A stretch of 43,689 nucleotides of DNA, taken from Clostridia bacterium. Lineage in GTDB: Bacteria; Bacillota; Clostridia; Monoglobales; Firm-18. Each line of letters opens with the position of its first letter. The first letter of the stretch is position 1. The notes under the pieces were generated by a model. That model was given only the letters and a program-made list of their open reading frames with translations. It was not told where the DNA came from and did no database searches. Positions 30,550-39,796 of this stretch are shown one piece after another. The stretch covers positions 1 through 43,689 of the forward strand of contig JAZNGX010000072.1 of the NCBI GenBank assembly GCA_045576675.1, in the 5' to 3' direction. Made by a program: the position numbers and the translations under genes.

Positions 30550-30810
30550 ATGACAGTTGCAATCACGCAGGGTATGCAATATATCGGAGAAAAATTAAGA
30601 GAGCTTGGCTACAACGTTGTTGAATACGGGAGCTATAAAAACAAAATTGACGCGGTGGTTTACTCTGGTCATTATCTTGCTGCCGCTCAAATGGTAAGCT
30701 CAAATTTTTCGGGAAACAACGGAGTTTTAATGATTAATGCTACTAACAAATCAATTGAGCAGATTGATCAGTATTTAAAACGTAAAGTATACTCCGGACT
30801 ACTTGACTAA
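30550..30810 (+). CDS. YkuS/UPF0180-like small protein
   Basis: L.E.GY.VV...DAVVYSG...INATNKS.E pattern; SD GGAGGT. Confidence 0.6.
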   Translation: MTVAITQGMQYIGEKLRELGYNVVEYGSYKNKIDAVVYSGHYLAAAQMVSSNFSGNNGVLMINATNKSIEQIDQYLKRKVYSGLLD

Positions 30811-30862
30811 TGAGAAAAAATGGTGTATGATGTAATGTGGTAATGCATTGGGAGGTGTTTAA

Positions 30863-32044
30863 ATGATATATGTAGATAATGCAGCAACAACCAAAATGAG
30901 TAAAGAAGTATTGGACAGTATGATGCCTTATTTAACGGATTTTTACGGCAATGCTTCTTCAGTATATACAATCGGTCAGCAAAGCAGAAATGCGGTGGAT
31001 GATGCAAGAGAAGCTATTGCATCATTAATTGGTGCTAAGCCTGCTGAGATTTTTTTCACAGGCTGTGGCAGTGAGGCTGACAACTGGGCAATAAAGGGTG
31101 CAGCACTAAAAAATGCGGCAAAGGGAAAGCATCTTATTACTTGTGCAATAGAGCATCACGCAGTTTTGCACTGTTTTCAGGATTTAGAGAAAAAAGGATT
31201 TAAGGTAACGTATCTGCCTGTAGACAGTGACGGACTTGTTAGTGTTTCTGATGTGGAGAATGCGATTACTCCTGAAACAACCCTTATTTCAATAATGATG
31301 GCTAATAACGAAATCGGTACAATTCAGCCGATTAAAGAAATAGCAGAGGTCGCAAAAAAACACAATGTGTATTTTCACACCGATGCTGTTCAGGCTGTGG
31401 GACATATTCCTGTGAATGTACAGGATTTGGGTGTGGATATGTTGTCCGCATCGGCACATAAGTTTGAAGGTCCAAAAGGCGTAGGCTTTTTGTATATCAA
31501 AACAGGTACAAGACTTGAACAGTTTATGCATGGTGGTGCTCAGGAACGCAACAAGCGTGCGGGAACTGAAAACGTTGCAGGTATCGTTGGAATGGCAACA
31601 GCACTTAAAATAGCAGTGGAAAATATGGAAACTAATATGGAAAAGTGCTTGAAGCTAAGAAATCGTTATATAGATTTGGTAACAAGCAAAATTAAAAACA
31701 TCAGAATTAACGGACATCTTGAGAAGCGTTTGCCTGGTAATGCAAATATTTCTTTTGAGTTTATTGAGGGCGAAAGCTTGCTTTTAAGTCTTGATATGAT
31801 GGGAATAGCGGCATCAAGTGGCTCTGCCTGCACAAGCGGCTCTTTAGACCCGTCACACGTTTTGCTTGCAATCGGTTTGCCTCACGGTATAGCTCACGGT
31901 TCGCTCAGGACTTCGTTCTCGCACCGTAATACCGAGGCTGAGGTTGATGAAATTGTTGAAAAATTAGTGGTGATTGTAAAGCGTCTGCGCGATATGTCGC
32001 CTCTTTACGAAGATTATTTGAAAGGAATTGATTCAAATGTATAG
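30863..32044 (+). CDS. iscS: Cysteine desulfurase IscS/NifS type
   Basis: YVDNAATT, HTDAVQA, SAHKF, SSGSACTS (group I). Confidence 0.95.
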   Translation: MIYVDNAATTKMSKEVLDSMMPYLTDFYGNASSVYTIGQQSRNAVDDAREAIASLIGAKPAEIFFTGCGSEADNWAIKGAALKNAAKGKHLITCAIEHHAVLHCFQDLEKKGFKVTYLPVDSDGLVSVSDVENAITPETTLISIMMANNEIGTIQPIKEIAEVAKKHNVYFHTDAVQAVGHIPVNVQDLGVDMLSASAHKFEGPKGVGFLYIKTGTRLEQFMHGGAQERNKRAGTENVAGIVGMATALKIAVENMETNMEKCLKLRNRYIDLVTSKIKNIRINGHLEKRLPGNANISFEFIEGESLLLSLDMMGIAASSGSACTSGSLDPSHVLLAIGLPHGIAHGSLRTSFSHRNTEAEVDEIVEKLVVIVKRLRDMSPLYEDYLKGIDSNV

Positions 32045-32474
32045 TGAAAAGGTAATGGACCATTTTTCAAATCCACGCAATGTTGGTGAGCTTGAAAATG
32101 CCAATGCTGTAGGTCAGGTTGGTAACGCCAAGTGCGGAGATATTATGAAAATGTATATGTTTATAGAAGACGAAGTTATTAAAGACATTAAGTTTAAAAC
32201 ATTTGGTTGCGGTGCTGCTGTTGCAACAAGCAGTATGGCTACAGAGCTTGTTAAAGGCAAAACAATTAAAGAAGCATTGGAAATCACAAATAAAGCTGTT
32301 GTTGAAGCATTGGACGGCTTGCCGCCCGTAAAAATCCATTGCTCGGTTTTGGCTGAAGAAGCAATCCGTGCATGCCTTGCGGATTATTACAAGCGTCAGG
32401 GAATTGACCCGACACCTATTCTTGGTTGCAGCTGCAACTGCGAAGAGTGTCACGCTCATCATCACCATGAGTAA
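32037..32474 (+). CDS. iscU: Fe-S scaffold IscU/NifU-N with Cys/His-rich tail
   Basis: MYSEKVMDHF.NPRNVG, CGD, FGCG, LPPVKIHCS. Confidence 0.93.
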   Translation: MYSEKVMDHFSNPRNVGELENANAVGQVGNAKCGDIMKMYMFIEDEVIKDIKFKTFGCGAAVATSSMATELVKGKTIKEALEITNKAVVEALDGLPPVKIHCSVLAEEAIRACLADYYKRQGIDPTPILGCSCNCEECHAHHHHE

Positions 32475-33516
32475 GGTTGTTATAGGAATGAGCGGCGGTG
32501 TGGATAGCTCTGCATCCGCCGCTATTTTGCTTGAAATGGGATACGAGGTTATCGGTGTCACAATGAAGCTGTGGGACGGGATTTTGCCTGACGGAAAATG
32601 CTGTTCGCTTTCTGCGGCTGATGATGCAAAAAAAGTTGCCGATAAGCTGGGTATTCCTTTTTATGTTTTGGATTTTACCAGAGATTTTAATAAATATGTG
32701 ATAGAAAATTTCACATCAGAATATTTAAAAGGAAGAACACCAAATCCGTGCATAATGTGCAATAAGCACCTAAAATTTGATGCAATGCTTGATGGTGCGA
32801 AAAAGCTTGGTGCGGATTATATTGCTACAGGGCATTATGCAAAAATTGAAGAAAAAAACGGCAGATTTTTGCTTAAACGATGCGCTGATACAAAAAAGGA
32901 TCAGACATATTTTTTATATACACTTACGCAAAATCAGCTGTCACATACAATATTTCCTTTGTATGGTGTTACAAAGGATGAAACACGTGATATAGCAGAA
33001 AAACTAGGACTTGAGGTTGCAAAAAAACGTGACAGCCAGGAAATCTGCTTTATTCCCGACGGTGACTATGCAAGCTTTATTGCGGCAAAGGGTGGTATAT
33101 CAAAAAAAGGTGAATTTGTTACCACTGACGGCAGGGTTGTTGGTGAACACTGCGGAATAATTAATTACACAATCGGGCAACGTAAGGGTCTTGGAATAGC
33201 TCTTAACAAGCCTGTTTATGTAACAGATATTGATGTCCGAAACAACAGAGTTGTGCTTGGTGACAATGATGAGCTTTTCGGTACCGAGTTGTATGCCCGC
33301 GATGTAAACTTTATTCCGTTTGATGAACTGACAGGTGAGCTTAAATGCACTGCAAAGGTGCGTTACAGAACGGTTGATTCACCATGCACAGTAACGCCGG
33401 TTAATGGTGGTGTGAAGGTTGTGTTTGACCAGCCGCAAAGGGCGATAACGAAGGGGCAGGCAGTGGTGTTCTATGATGGTGACACAGTAATAGGCGGAGG
33501 AATAATAGATGCTTGA
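32467..33516 (+). CDS. mnmA: tRNA 2-thiouridine(34) synthase
   Basis: SGGVDS PP-loop, TPNPCIMCN, ATGHYA, KDQTYFL, DSQEICF; real start ATG 32467. Confidence 0.97.
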   Translation: MSKVVIGMSGGVDSSASAAILLEMGYEVIGVTMKLWDGILPDGKCCSLSAADDAKKVADKLGIPFYVLDFTRDFNKYVIENFTSEYLKGRTPNPCIMCNKHLKFDAMLDGAKKLGADYIATGHYAKIEEKNGRFLLKRCADTKKDQTYFLYTLTQNQLSHTIFPLYGVTKDETRDIAEKLGLEVAKKRDSQEICFIPDGDYASFIAAKGGISKKGEFVTTDGRVVGEHCGIINYTIGQRKGLGIALNKPVYVTDIDVRNNRVVLGDNDELFGTELYARDVNFIPFDELTGELKCTAKVRYRTVDSPCTVTPVNGGVKVVFDQPQRAITKGQAVVFYDGDTVIGGGIIDA

Positions 33517-35674
33517 TTTGAATTTTCCAAATTTGAATGATAAACAACGTGAGGCTGTTTTTAAGACAGATGGCCCTGTTTTGATACTTGCAGGTGCAGG
33601 AAGCGGAAAGACAACTGTGCTTATAAACAGAATTGCATATTTAATTGGCGGGCTTAACGTGCGTCCGTATCAGATTCTTGCCATAACATTTACAAATAAG
33701 GCGGCAACAGAGCTTAAAAACCGACTTGTTAATATGCTTGGCAGTGATGGTGATGAGGTGTTTGCCTCAACATTTCATTCGATGTGCGTGAGGTTTTTAC
33801 GCCGTGATATTGATAAAATCGGTTATAGCAGTGATTTTAATATTTTTGACAGAGCAGACCAGACAACAGTTGTTAAAGAGTGCTTAAAGGAGCTTAACGT
33901 TGATAGTGAAATCTTTAATCACAAAACTGTGCTAAATGAAATATCCCGTGCCAAAGATGAGCTTGAAACTCCCGATGATATGAAAAAAAACAACCCGTTC
34001 GATTTTAAAAAAGGGGTTATTTCTGATATTTATCAGCTTTATCAGAAAAAGCTTAAAACCTATAATGCCCTTGATTTTGATGATATAATTATGCTTACTG
34101 TTAAGCTTTTCGAGGAGCATCCCGATGTTCTGGAATTTTATCAGAGAAAGTTTAAATATGTAATGGTAGACGAGTATCAGGATACAAACCATGCACAGTA
34201 TAAGCTTGTGTCAATGATTGCGGACGGCTACAAAAACTTCTGCGTTGTTGGTGATGACGACCAGAGTATTTATAAATTCAGAGGAGCAGATATAGAAAAT
34301 ATTCTTTCCTTTGAAAAACAGTATGAAAATGCAACAGTAATTAAGCTTGAAGAAAACTATCGTTCGACACAAAATATTCTTGATGCCGCAAATGGTGTTA
34401 TCAAAAACAATATGGGCAGAAAAGGTAAGAATTTGTGGACAGGAAATGGTGAGGGTGAAAAAATATCCTTTTACCGTGCTCCCAATGAACACGAGGAAGG
34501 CTATTACATTGCCGAGCAGATAATAAATATGTGCAGTGACGGTTATAATTACAGTGATTTTGCAATTTTGTACCGTACCAATGCACAGTCACGTGTGATA
34601 GAAAATATGCTTATTCAGAACGCCGTGCCTTACAGAGTGCTTGGTGGCTTGCGATTCTTCGAGCGTAAGGAAATAAAGGACGTTTTAGCATATATAAAGC
34701 TTGTTAACAACGGTTGGGATAATGTTAACTTAAAAAGAATAATTAATGAACCAAAACGTGGTATCGGTGCTAAAACTGTGTCAAATTGTGAAGAAATCGC
34801 ATTAAACAGAAATATAAGTATGCTTGATGTTTGCAGGGCAGAGGGTGGCAAATTGGGCGAATTTGCAAAGCTGATTGATGGGCTTGCAGAGGAAGCTAAA
34901 AATATGCCGTTATCACAGTTTATTAATAAGGTTATTGATAAAACGGGTTATGGCGAAATGCTTATACGTGAAAACACTGTTGAAGCTACCACAAGACTTG
35001 AAAATATAAAAGAGCTTATTTCCGATGCAATGGAGTTTGAAAAAACTGCCGAGGATAAAAGTCTTAATGCATATCTTGAAAAAATATCGCTTATTGCAGA
35101 TGTTGACAATTATGATGAAAGTCAGGATGTCGCTGTGCTTATGACCTTGCACAGCGCAAAAGGGCTTGAGTTTCCTGTTGTGTTTCTATGCGGAATGGAG
35201 GAGGGCTTGTTCCCAAGCTTTATGTCACAAAGCACATCGGCAGAGCTTGAAGAAGAACGCCGTCTTTGCTATGTGGGTATAACAAGAGCAAAGAAAAAGC
35301 TGTTTTTAACCTGCACTTCAACACGAACCTTGTTTGGTAATACAAGCTATAACAAGCCGTCAAGGTTTATTGATGAAATTGATGAAAGACTTATCGATAT
35401 GCCGTTTAAGGAAGTTAAAAAGCCAACGTTTGTTGAAACACAAACCTATAAGCCTAAAAACACTTTCAGCAATACTGTTTCATTGCAACCGAAAAAGACT
35501 GTTTCAAGCGATGTTACTTATAAGAGCGGCGAACGTGTTAAACATAGCAAATTCGGTGAAGGAATGATACTTAAAGCAACTCCTGTAGGCAACGACTGGC
35601 ATCTTGAAATTATTTTTGATTCTGTTGGAACAAAAAATCTTATGGCTGCTTATGCAAAACTTAAGAAGCTATGA
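33509..35674 (+). CDS. pcrA: ATP-dependent DNA helicase PcrA/UvrD
   Basis: AGAGSGKT, DEYQDTN, VGDDDQSIY, LHSAKGLEF, EEERRL, C-terminal Tudor-like domain. Confidence 0.96.
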   Translation: MLDLNFPNLNDKQREAVFKTDGPVLILAGAGSGKTTVLINRIAYLIGGLNVRPYQILAITFTNKAATELKNRLVNMLGSDGDEVFASTFHSMCVRFLRRDIDKIGYSSDFNIFDRADQTTVVKECLKELNVDSEIFNHKTVLNEISRAKDELETPDDMKKNNPFDFKKGVISDIYQLYQKKLKTYNALDFDDIIMLTVKLFEEHPDVLEFYQRKFKYVMVDEYQDTNHAQYKLVSMIADGYKNFCVVGDDDQSIYKFRGADIENILSFEKQYENATVIKLEENYRSTQNILDAANGVIKNNMGRKGKNLWTGNGEGEKISFYRAPNEHEEGYYIAEQIINMCSDGYNYSDFAILYRTNAQSRVIENMLIQNAVPYRVLGGLRFFERKEIKDVLAYIKLVNNGWDNVNLKRIINEPKRGIGAKTVSNCEEIALNRNISMLDVCRAEGGKLGEFAKLIDGLAEEAKNMPLSQFINKVIDKTGYGEMLIRENTVEATTRLENIKELISDAMEFEKTAEDKSLNAYLEKISLIADVDNYDESQDVAVLMTLHSAKGLEFPVVFLCGMEEGLFPSFMSQSTSAELEEERRLCYVGITRAKKKLFLTCTSTRTLFGNTSYNKPSRFIDEIDERLIDMPFKEVKKPTFVETQTYKPKNTFSNTVSLQPKKTVSSDVTYKSGERVKHSKFGEGMILKATPVGNDWHLEIIFDSVGTKNLMAAYAKLKKL

Positions 35675-35708
35675 AAACGAGCTGTGACTTTTGTCACAGC
35701 TCGTTTTT
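35674..35708. terminator. Bidirectional terminator between convergent pcrA and ssp
   Basis: AAAACGAGCTGTGAC-TTTT-GTCACAGCTCGTTTT perfect 15-bp stem. Confidence 0.85.
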
Positions 35709-35921
35709 GTATGAATTAATCATACGTCTTACCATTTCACCGCCTATTGGGCCGCCCTCACTGCCGTTTTGTCTGGCTGTTTTATCGCCCTTATAATGGT
35801 CGTTGTTTTCTTTACAATACTGTAATAGTCCCATATCTTGGGCAACTTCCAGCTTGAATTTTGTCATTGCATCATAAGCATCAGGGTTTAATAATCTTGA
35901 CTTTCTGTAGTTTTTTGACAT
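35694..35921 (-). CDS. Alpha/beta-type small acid-soluble spore protein
   Basis: KFKLEVAQDMG...GDKTARQNG...GGEMVRRMI; SD AAAGGTGG before ATG 35921. Confidence 0.88.
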   Translation of the reverse strand: MSKNYRKSRLLNPDAYDAMTKFKLEVAQDMGLLQYCKENNDHYKGDKTARQNGSEGGPIGGEMVRRMINSYKNEL

Positions 35922-35959
35922 AAAAAATACTACCACCTTTCGGTAGTAGTATATCCGTA

Positions 35960-37072
35960 TTATCCAAGATAATCCTTGACAAATTCAGCCATTAATTCCG
36001 CACCGATAAAAATTGCATCTTCATCAACAATAAAATCAGAAGAATGAAGCGGTTTGTTTGCACCACCAAGCTTTGCCATACACGCAGGCACTTTTTCTGC
36101 AAAATATGCAAAATCCTCACCAATCATATCAGGCTCATTCTGCATAACAACATTGTTGTCACCAAGCACACGCTTTGCAGTTTTAGCGAACTCTCTTGTG
36201 AGTTCAACATCATTTACAAGAGGCGGATACAAAAAGTGATAATCAAGCTCGATTTCTGCACTGAATTTTTCTTCAGTGTCTTTTATGGCTTTTTTTATTT
36301 CTTCGTATATATACTGTCTGGTAATCGGATCCAAAGAACGTGCAGTGCCCATTAATGTTGCTGTGTCGGGAATAATATTGGTGCTTGCCCCACTTACGAA
36401 AGAGCATATTGAAACAACAAAACGCTGGTCACATTTGATTTCTTTTAAGCGACAAACAAGATAGCTACCAGCATCAATCGGATTTATGCAAAGCTCAGGT
36501 CGTGCACCGTGACCGCCTTTGCCTTTGATTGTTATATAAAAATGGTCAGGCGAAGCCATACTGCCACCTTCTCTGATTAAAACACTTCCAAGTGGAACTT
36601 CGTTGCTTATATGAAAAGCAAAAGCGGCATTAACCTCAGGATTTTCCATAACACCTTCGTTTATCATCGGCTCTGCACCGCCAGTTGCTTCTTCTGCAGG
36701 CTGGAACAACAATCTTACCCGTCCGTTTAACTTGTCTTTTTGTTTAACAAGTGTTGTTGCACAAGCAAGCAGAGTTGATATATGTATATCGTGACCGCAG
36801 GCGTGCATAATTCCCGGTGTTTCAGAGGAAAACTCAAGCCCTGTCTGCTCTGTTACGGGCAAGGCATCCATATCGGCACGAAGCAGTATGGTTTTACCAT
36901 CTTCTTTTCCGCATATGTCAGCTGTTATTCCGGTTTTTGCAATTCCGCACTTTGGTTCAAGCCCTAATTCTTTTAAATATTCTGCAATTATTTTTGCTGT
37001 GTTATATTCTTCAAATGCCATTTCGGGATGTCTATGAATTTCTCTGCGGATTGCGATAATTTTGTCTTTCAT
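35960..37072 (-). CDS. M20 family amidohydrolase
   Basis: RREIHRHPE, RADMDAL, MHACGHD, FQPAEE, GGHGA, EDFA. Confidence 0.93.
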   Translation of the reverse strand: MKDKIIAIRREIHRHPEMAFEEYNTAKIIAEYLKELGLEPKCGIAKTGITADICGKEDGKTILLRADMDALPVTEQTGLEFSSETPGIMHACGHDIHISTLLACATTLVKQKDKLNGRVRLLFQPAEEATGGAEPMINEGVMENPEVNAAFAFHISNEVPLGSVLIREGGSMASPDHFYITIKGKGGHGARPELCINPIDAGSYLVCRLKEIKCDQRFVVSICSFVSGASTNIIPDTATLMGTARSLDPITRQYIYEEIKKAIKDTEEKFSAEIELDYHFLYPPLVNDVELTREFAKTAKRVLGDNNVVMQNEPDMIGEDFAYFAEKVPACMAKLGGANKPLHSSDFIVDEDAIFIGAELMAEFVKDYLG

Positions 37073-37096
37073 AAAAATGCCCCCTGAGTATAGAAT

Positions 37097-37127
37097 AAAA
37101 GGGATTGCCGGAAAAGCAATCCCCTTT
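37097..37127 (-). terminator. Terminator after rpmE
   Basis: GGGATTGC-N7-GCAATCCC flanked by A/T runs. Confidence 0.7.
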
Positions 37128-37136
37128 TATATATTA

Positions 37137-37343
37137 TTATTTGTCTGTCATACCATAACGTTTCTTAAATCTGTCTACACGGCCGCCTGTGTCAACAAGC
37201 TTCTGTTTGCCGGTGAAAAACGGATGACACTTGCTGCATATTTCAACACGAATATCCTGCTTTGTTGAACCTGTTTCTATAACCTCACCGCAAGCACATG
37301 TAATTGTTGTTTTCTGGTAATCCGGATGAATACCCTGTTTCAT
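37137..37343 (-). CDS. rpmE: 50S ribosomal protein L31, zinc-binding type
   Basis: [26 protein letters not shown]. Confidence 0.98.
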   Translation of the reverse strand: MKQGIHPDYQKTTITCACGEVIETGSTKQDIRVEICSKCHPFFTGKQKLVDTGGRVDRFKKRYGMTDK

Positions 37344-37377
37344 TTCTTCTCACCTCTTTAGATAATAATGCTTAGAT

Positions 37378-37406
37378 ATTATAGCATATATATTTTAAAA
37401 ATGCAA
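37378..37406 (-). promoter_or_regulatory. sigmaA promoter of rpmE
   Basis: TTGCAT-N17-TATAAT with extended -10 TG on the - strand. Confidence 0.65.
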
Positions 37407-37430
37407 GAGTTTTTTGAAAATTTTTTAATA

Positions 37431-37970
37431 TTATTTATAAGTTTCTGATTTAACTTCAAAATATGATTTCGGGTGGCTACAAACAGGACATACTTCAGGT
37501 GCTTCTGTGCCTTTTACAACGTGACCGCAGTTGCGGCATACCCAATATACTTCATTGCCTTTTTTGAATACCATACCTTCTTCAACGTTTTTAAGAAGAG
37601 TAAGATATCTTTCTTCGTGCTCTTTTTCTATATCTGCAACCTTGCGGAATAATTCAGCAATCTGTGTGAACCCTTCTTCGTCAGCAACCTCGGCAAAGCC
37701 TTTGTACATTTCAGTCCACTCATAATTCTCGCCGCTTGCGGCATCCTTTAAGTTTGTCATTGTATCAGCGATACCCTGATGTAATAGCTTAAACCATATT
37801 TTTGCATGTTCTTTTTCATTGTTTGCAGTTTCTTCAAAAATAGCCGCAATCTGCTCATAACCATCTTTTTTAGCCTTGCTTGCATAGTATGAATATTTGT
37901 TTCTTGCCTGTGACTCGCCGGCAAAAGCCGCCATTAAATTAACTTCAGTTTTTGAACCTTTTAATTCCAT
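37431..37970 (-). CDS. rbr: Rubrerythrin
   Basis: [22 protein letters not shown] diiron motifs; CRNC...CPVC rubredoxin-like domain. Confidence 0.95.
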   Translation of the reverse strand: MELKGSKTEVNLMAAFAGESQARNKYSYYASKAKKDGYEQIAAIFEETANNEKEHAKIWFKLLHQGIADTMTNLKDAASGENYEWTEMYKGFAEVADEEGFTQIAELFRKVADIEKEHEERYLTLLKNVEEGMVFKKGNEVYWVCRNCGHVVKGTEAPEVCPVCSHPKSYFEVKSETYK

Positions 37971-38050
37971 TTTGTAACACTCCTTTAAAGTTTATTTATT
38001 ATATATTTTACCACTTCAAGAAAAAATATGCAATATATATTTTATTTAAG

Positions 38051-38079
38051 TTGATTTTTTTGTAAAAATAATATATAAT
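38051..38079 (+). promoter_or_regulatory. sigmaA promoter of the hprK operon
   Basis: TTGATT-N17-TATAAT; the region is very AT-rich. Confidence 0.55.
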
Positions 38080-38107
38080 TAAAATACATTTTAAGGAGGT
38101 ATTTCTT

Positions 38108-39070
38108 GTGGAAGAATTTGTATATACAATTCCTTTGTCAGATTTGGCAGAGCGTTTTAAATTAGAAATAGTCAGTGCACCGGTTTCGTTGGAAAAGGTG
38201 CTTGTTACAACGCCTGATGTTAACAGACCTGCATTGCAGATTGTGGAGTTTTATGACTATTTTGATGAATCAAGGCTGCAGATTTTAGGAATGGTTGAGC
38301 ACACATTTCTGCAGAAAAAAAGTCACGAGGAGCTTTTAAATATTTTCGACAAGCTTTTTGAAAAGGAAATCCCTGCGTTGATTTTTACAAGGCAGTTGGA
38401 TGTTTTCCCTGAGGCAATAGAATGTTCAAAAAAATATAATGTTCCTATTTTGCGTACAAGCCATTCAACCTCTTCATTTATGAGTGCGTTGATTGCACAC
38501 CTTAATACAGTGCTTGCACAGCGTATCACAAGACACGGCGTTTTGATTGAGGTATATGGTGAGGGTATCCTTATGCTTGGCGAAAGCGGTGTAGGTAAAA
38601 GCGAAACCGCAGTTGAGCTTGTAAAGAGAGGTCACAGGCTTGTTGCTGATGATGCTGTTGAAATCAAAAAGGTTTCAGCAATCTCACTTGTAGGCTCTGC
38701 CCCTGAGATAATAAGGCACTTTATTGAGCTTCGTGGCGTTGGTATCATTGATGTTAAAAAGATTTTTGGTATTGGTGCTGTTAAAGATACTGAAAAAATT
38801 GATATGGTAATAAATCTTGAAACATGGGTTGATGGTAAAATGTATGACAGGCTTGGACTTGTTGAGGAATACACAGAAATCTTAGGTATTCAGATTCCTT
38901 CAATTTTACTTCCCGTAAAGCCGGGACGAAACCTTGCTATCATTGTTGAAATTGCGGCAATGAATAACAGAGCAAAGCGTATGGGCTACAATGCCGCAGA
39001 GGTATTAAATCAGCGTTTGCTTGACGAGATGCAAAAGAATTCGTTTGATGATTTTTCGGAGCAGGTGTAA
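38108..39070 (+). CDS. hprK: HPr(Ser) kinase/phosphorylase
   Basis: GESGVGKSE, GHRLVADD, ELRGVGIIDV, PGRNLA. Confidence 0.97.
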   Translation: MEEFVYTIPLSDLAERFKLEIVSAPVSLEKVLVTTPDVNRPALQIVEFYDYFDESRLQILGMVEHTFLQKKSHEELLNIFDKLFEKEIPALIFTRQLDVFPEAIECSKKYNVPILRTSHSTSSFMSALIAHLNTVLAQRITRHGVLIEVYGEGILMLGESGVGKSETAVELVKRGHRLVADDAVEIKKVSAISLVGSAPEIIRHFIELRGVGIIDVKKIFGIGAVKDTEKIDMVINLETWVDGKMYDRLGLVEEYTEILGIQIPSILLPVKPGRNLAIIVEIAAMNNRAKRMGYNAAEVLNQRLLDEMQKNSFDDFSEQV

Positions 39071-39073
39071 AAA

Positions 39074-39775
39074 ATGGAAATATTATTTGACTTACATACA
39101 CATACTGTGTTTAATGACCACGCATACAGTACTATATTTGAAAATATCTGCTGTGCAAAAAGCAATGGCCTTAAAGGGCTTGCAATAACAGACCATTCAA
39201 TGCGTATTGAGGATTCGGGACATTACTGGCATTTTTTGCAGATGCCAAAGATTATACCACCGTATGTTAATGATGTTCGTGTTTTTTGCGGTGCGGAGGT
39301 TAATATAATTAATACAGATGGCGAAATTGACATGGATGAAGCTCTGTTAAAAAGGCTTGATGTTATAATTGCTTCGTTTCACGATACTGTGTATATGGCA
39401 GAAAACGAAAATGAAATTATTGGCGTTTATGAAAATTTGGCGAAAAACCCGTATGTTAAAATATTCGGTCATATTGACAGATGCCCGTTTGAATATGATA
39501 TGGCAAAGGTTATTAATCTGGCAAAGGAGCATAATAAGCTTGTTGAGATTAATCAGCATTCACTTAATACACCGCATTACCGCGAAAATGCAATTTTGCT
39601 GGCAAAGCTTTGCAATGAATACAAGGTGCCTGTTGTTGCAAATACAGATGCACATTTTTGTACTCAGGTCGGCGATTTTACAGTGATAAAACAATTGCTT
39701 GATGAAATAAGCTTTGATACAGGTCTTATAGTAAATGCGGATTATGACAGGACAATGGAATTTTTTAATAAATAA
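39074..39775 (+). CDS. PHP-family phosphoesterase (YcdX-like)
   Basis: DLHTHT, ITDH, GAEVN, GH, NTDAH metal ligands. Confidence 0.88.
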   Translation: MEILFDLHTHTVFNDHAYSTIFENICCAKSNGLKGLAITDHSMRIEDSGHYWHFLQMPKIIPPYVNDVRVFCGAEVNIINTDGEIDMDEALLKRLDVIIASFHDTVYMAENENEIIGVYENLAKNPYVKIFGHIDRCPFEYDMAKVINLAKEHNKLVEINQHSLNTPHYRENAILLAKLCNEYKVPVVANTDAHFCTQVGDFTVIKQLLDEISFDTGLIVNADYDRTMEFFNK

Positions 39776-39796
39776 TTATTTTTGGGAGGAATATAT

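Noticed and set aside
32368-32466. N-terminal extension of MnmA in the ORF track
   Set aside because: Lies inside iscU; MnmA homology begins at ATG 32467
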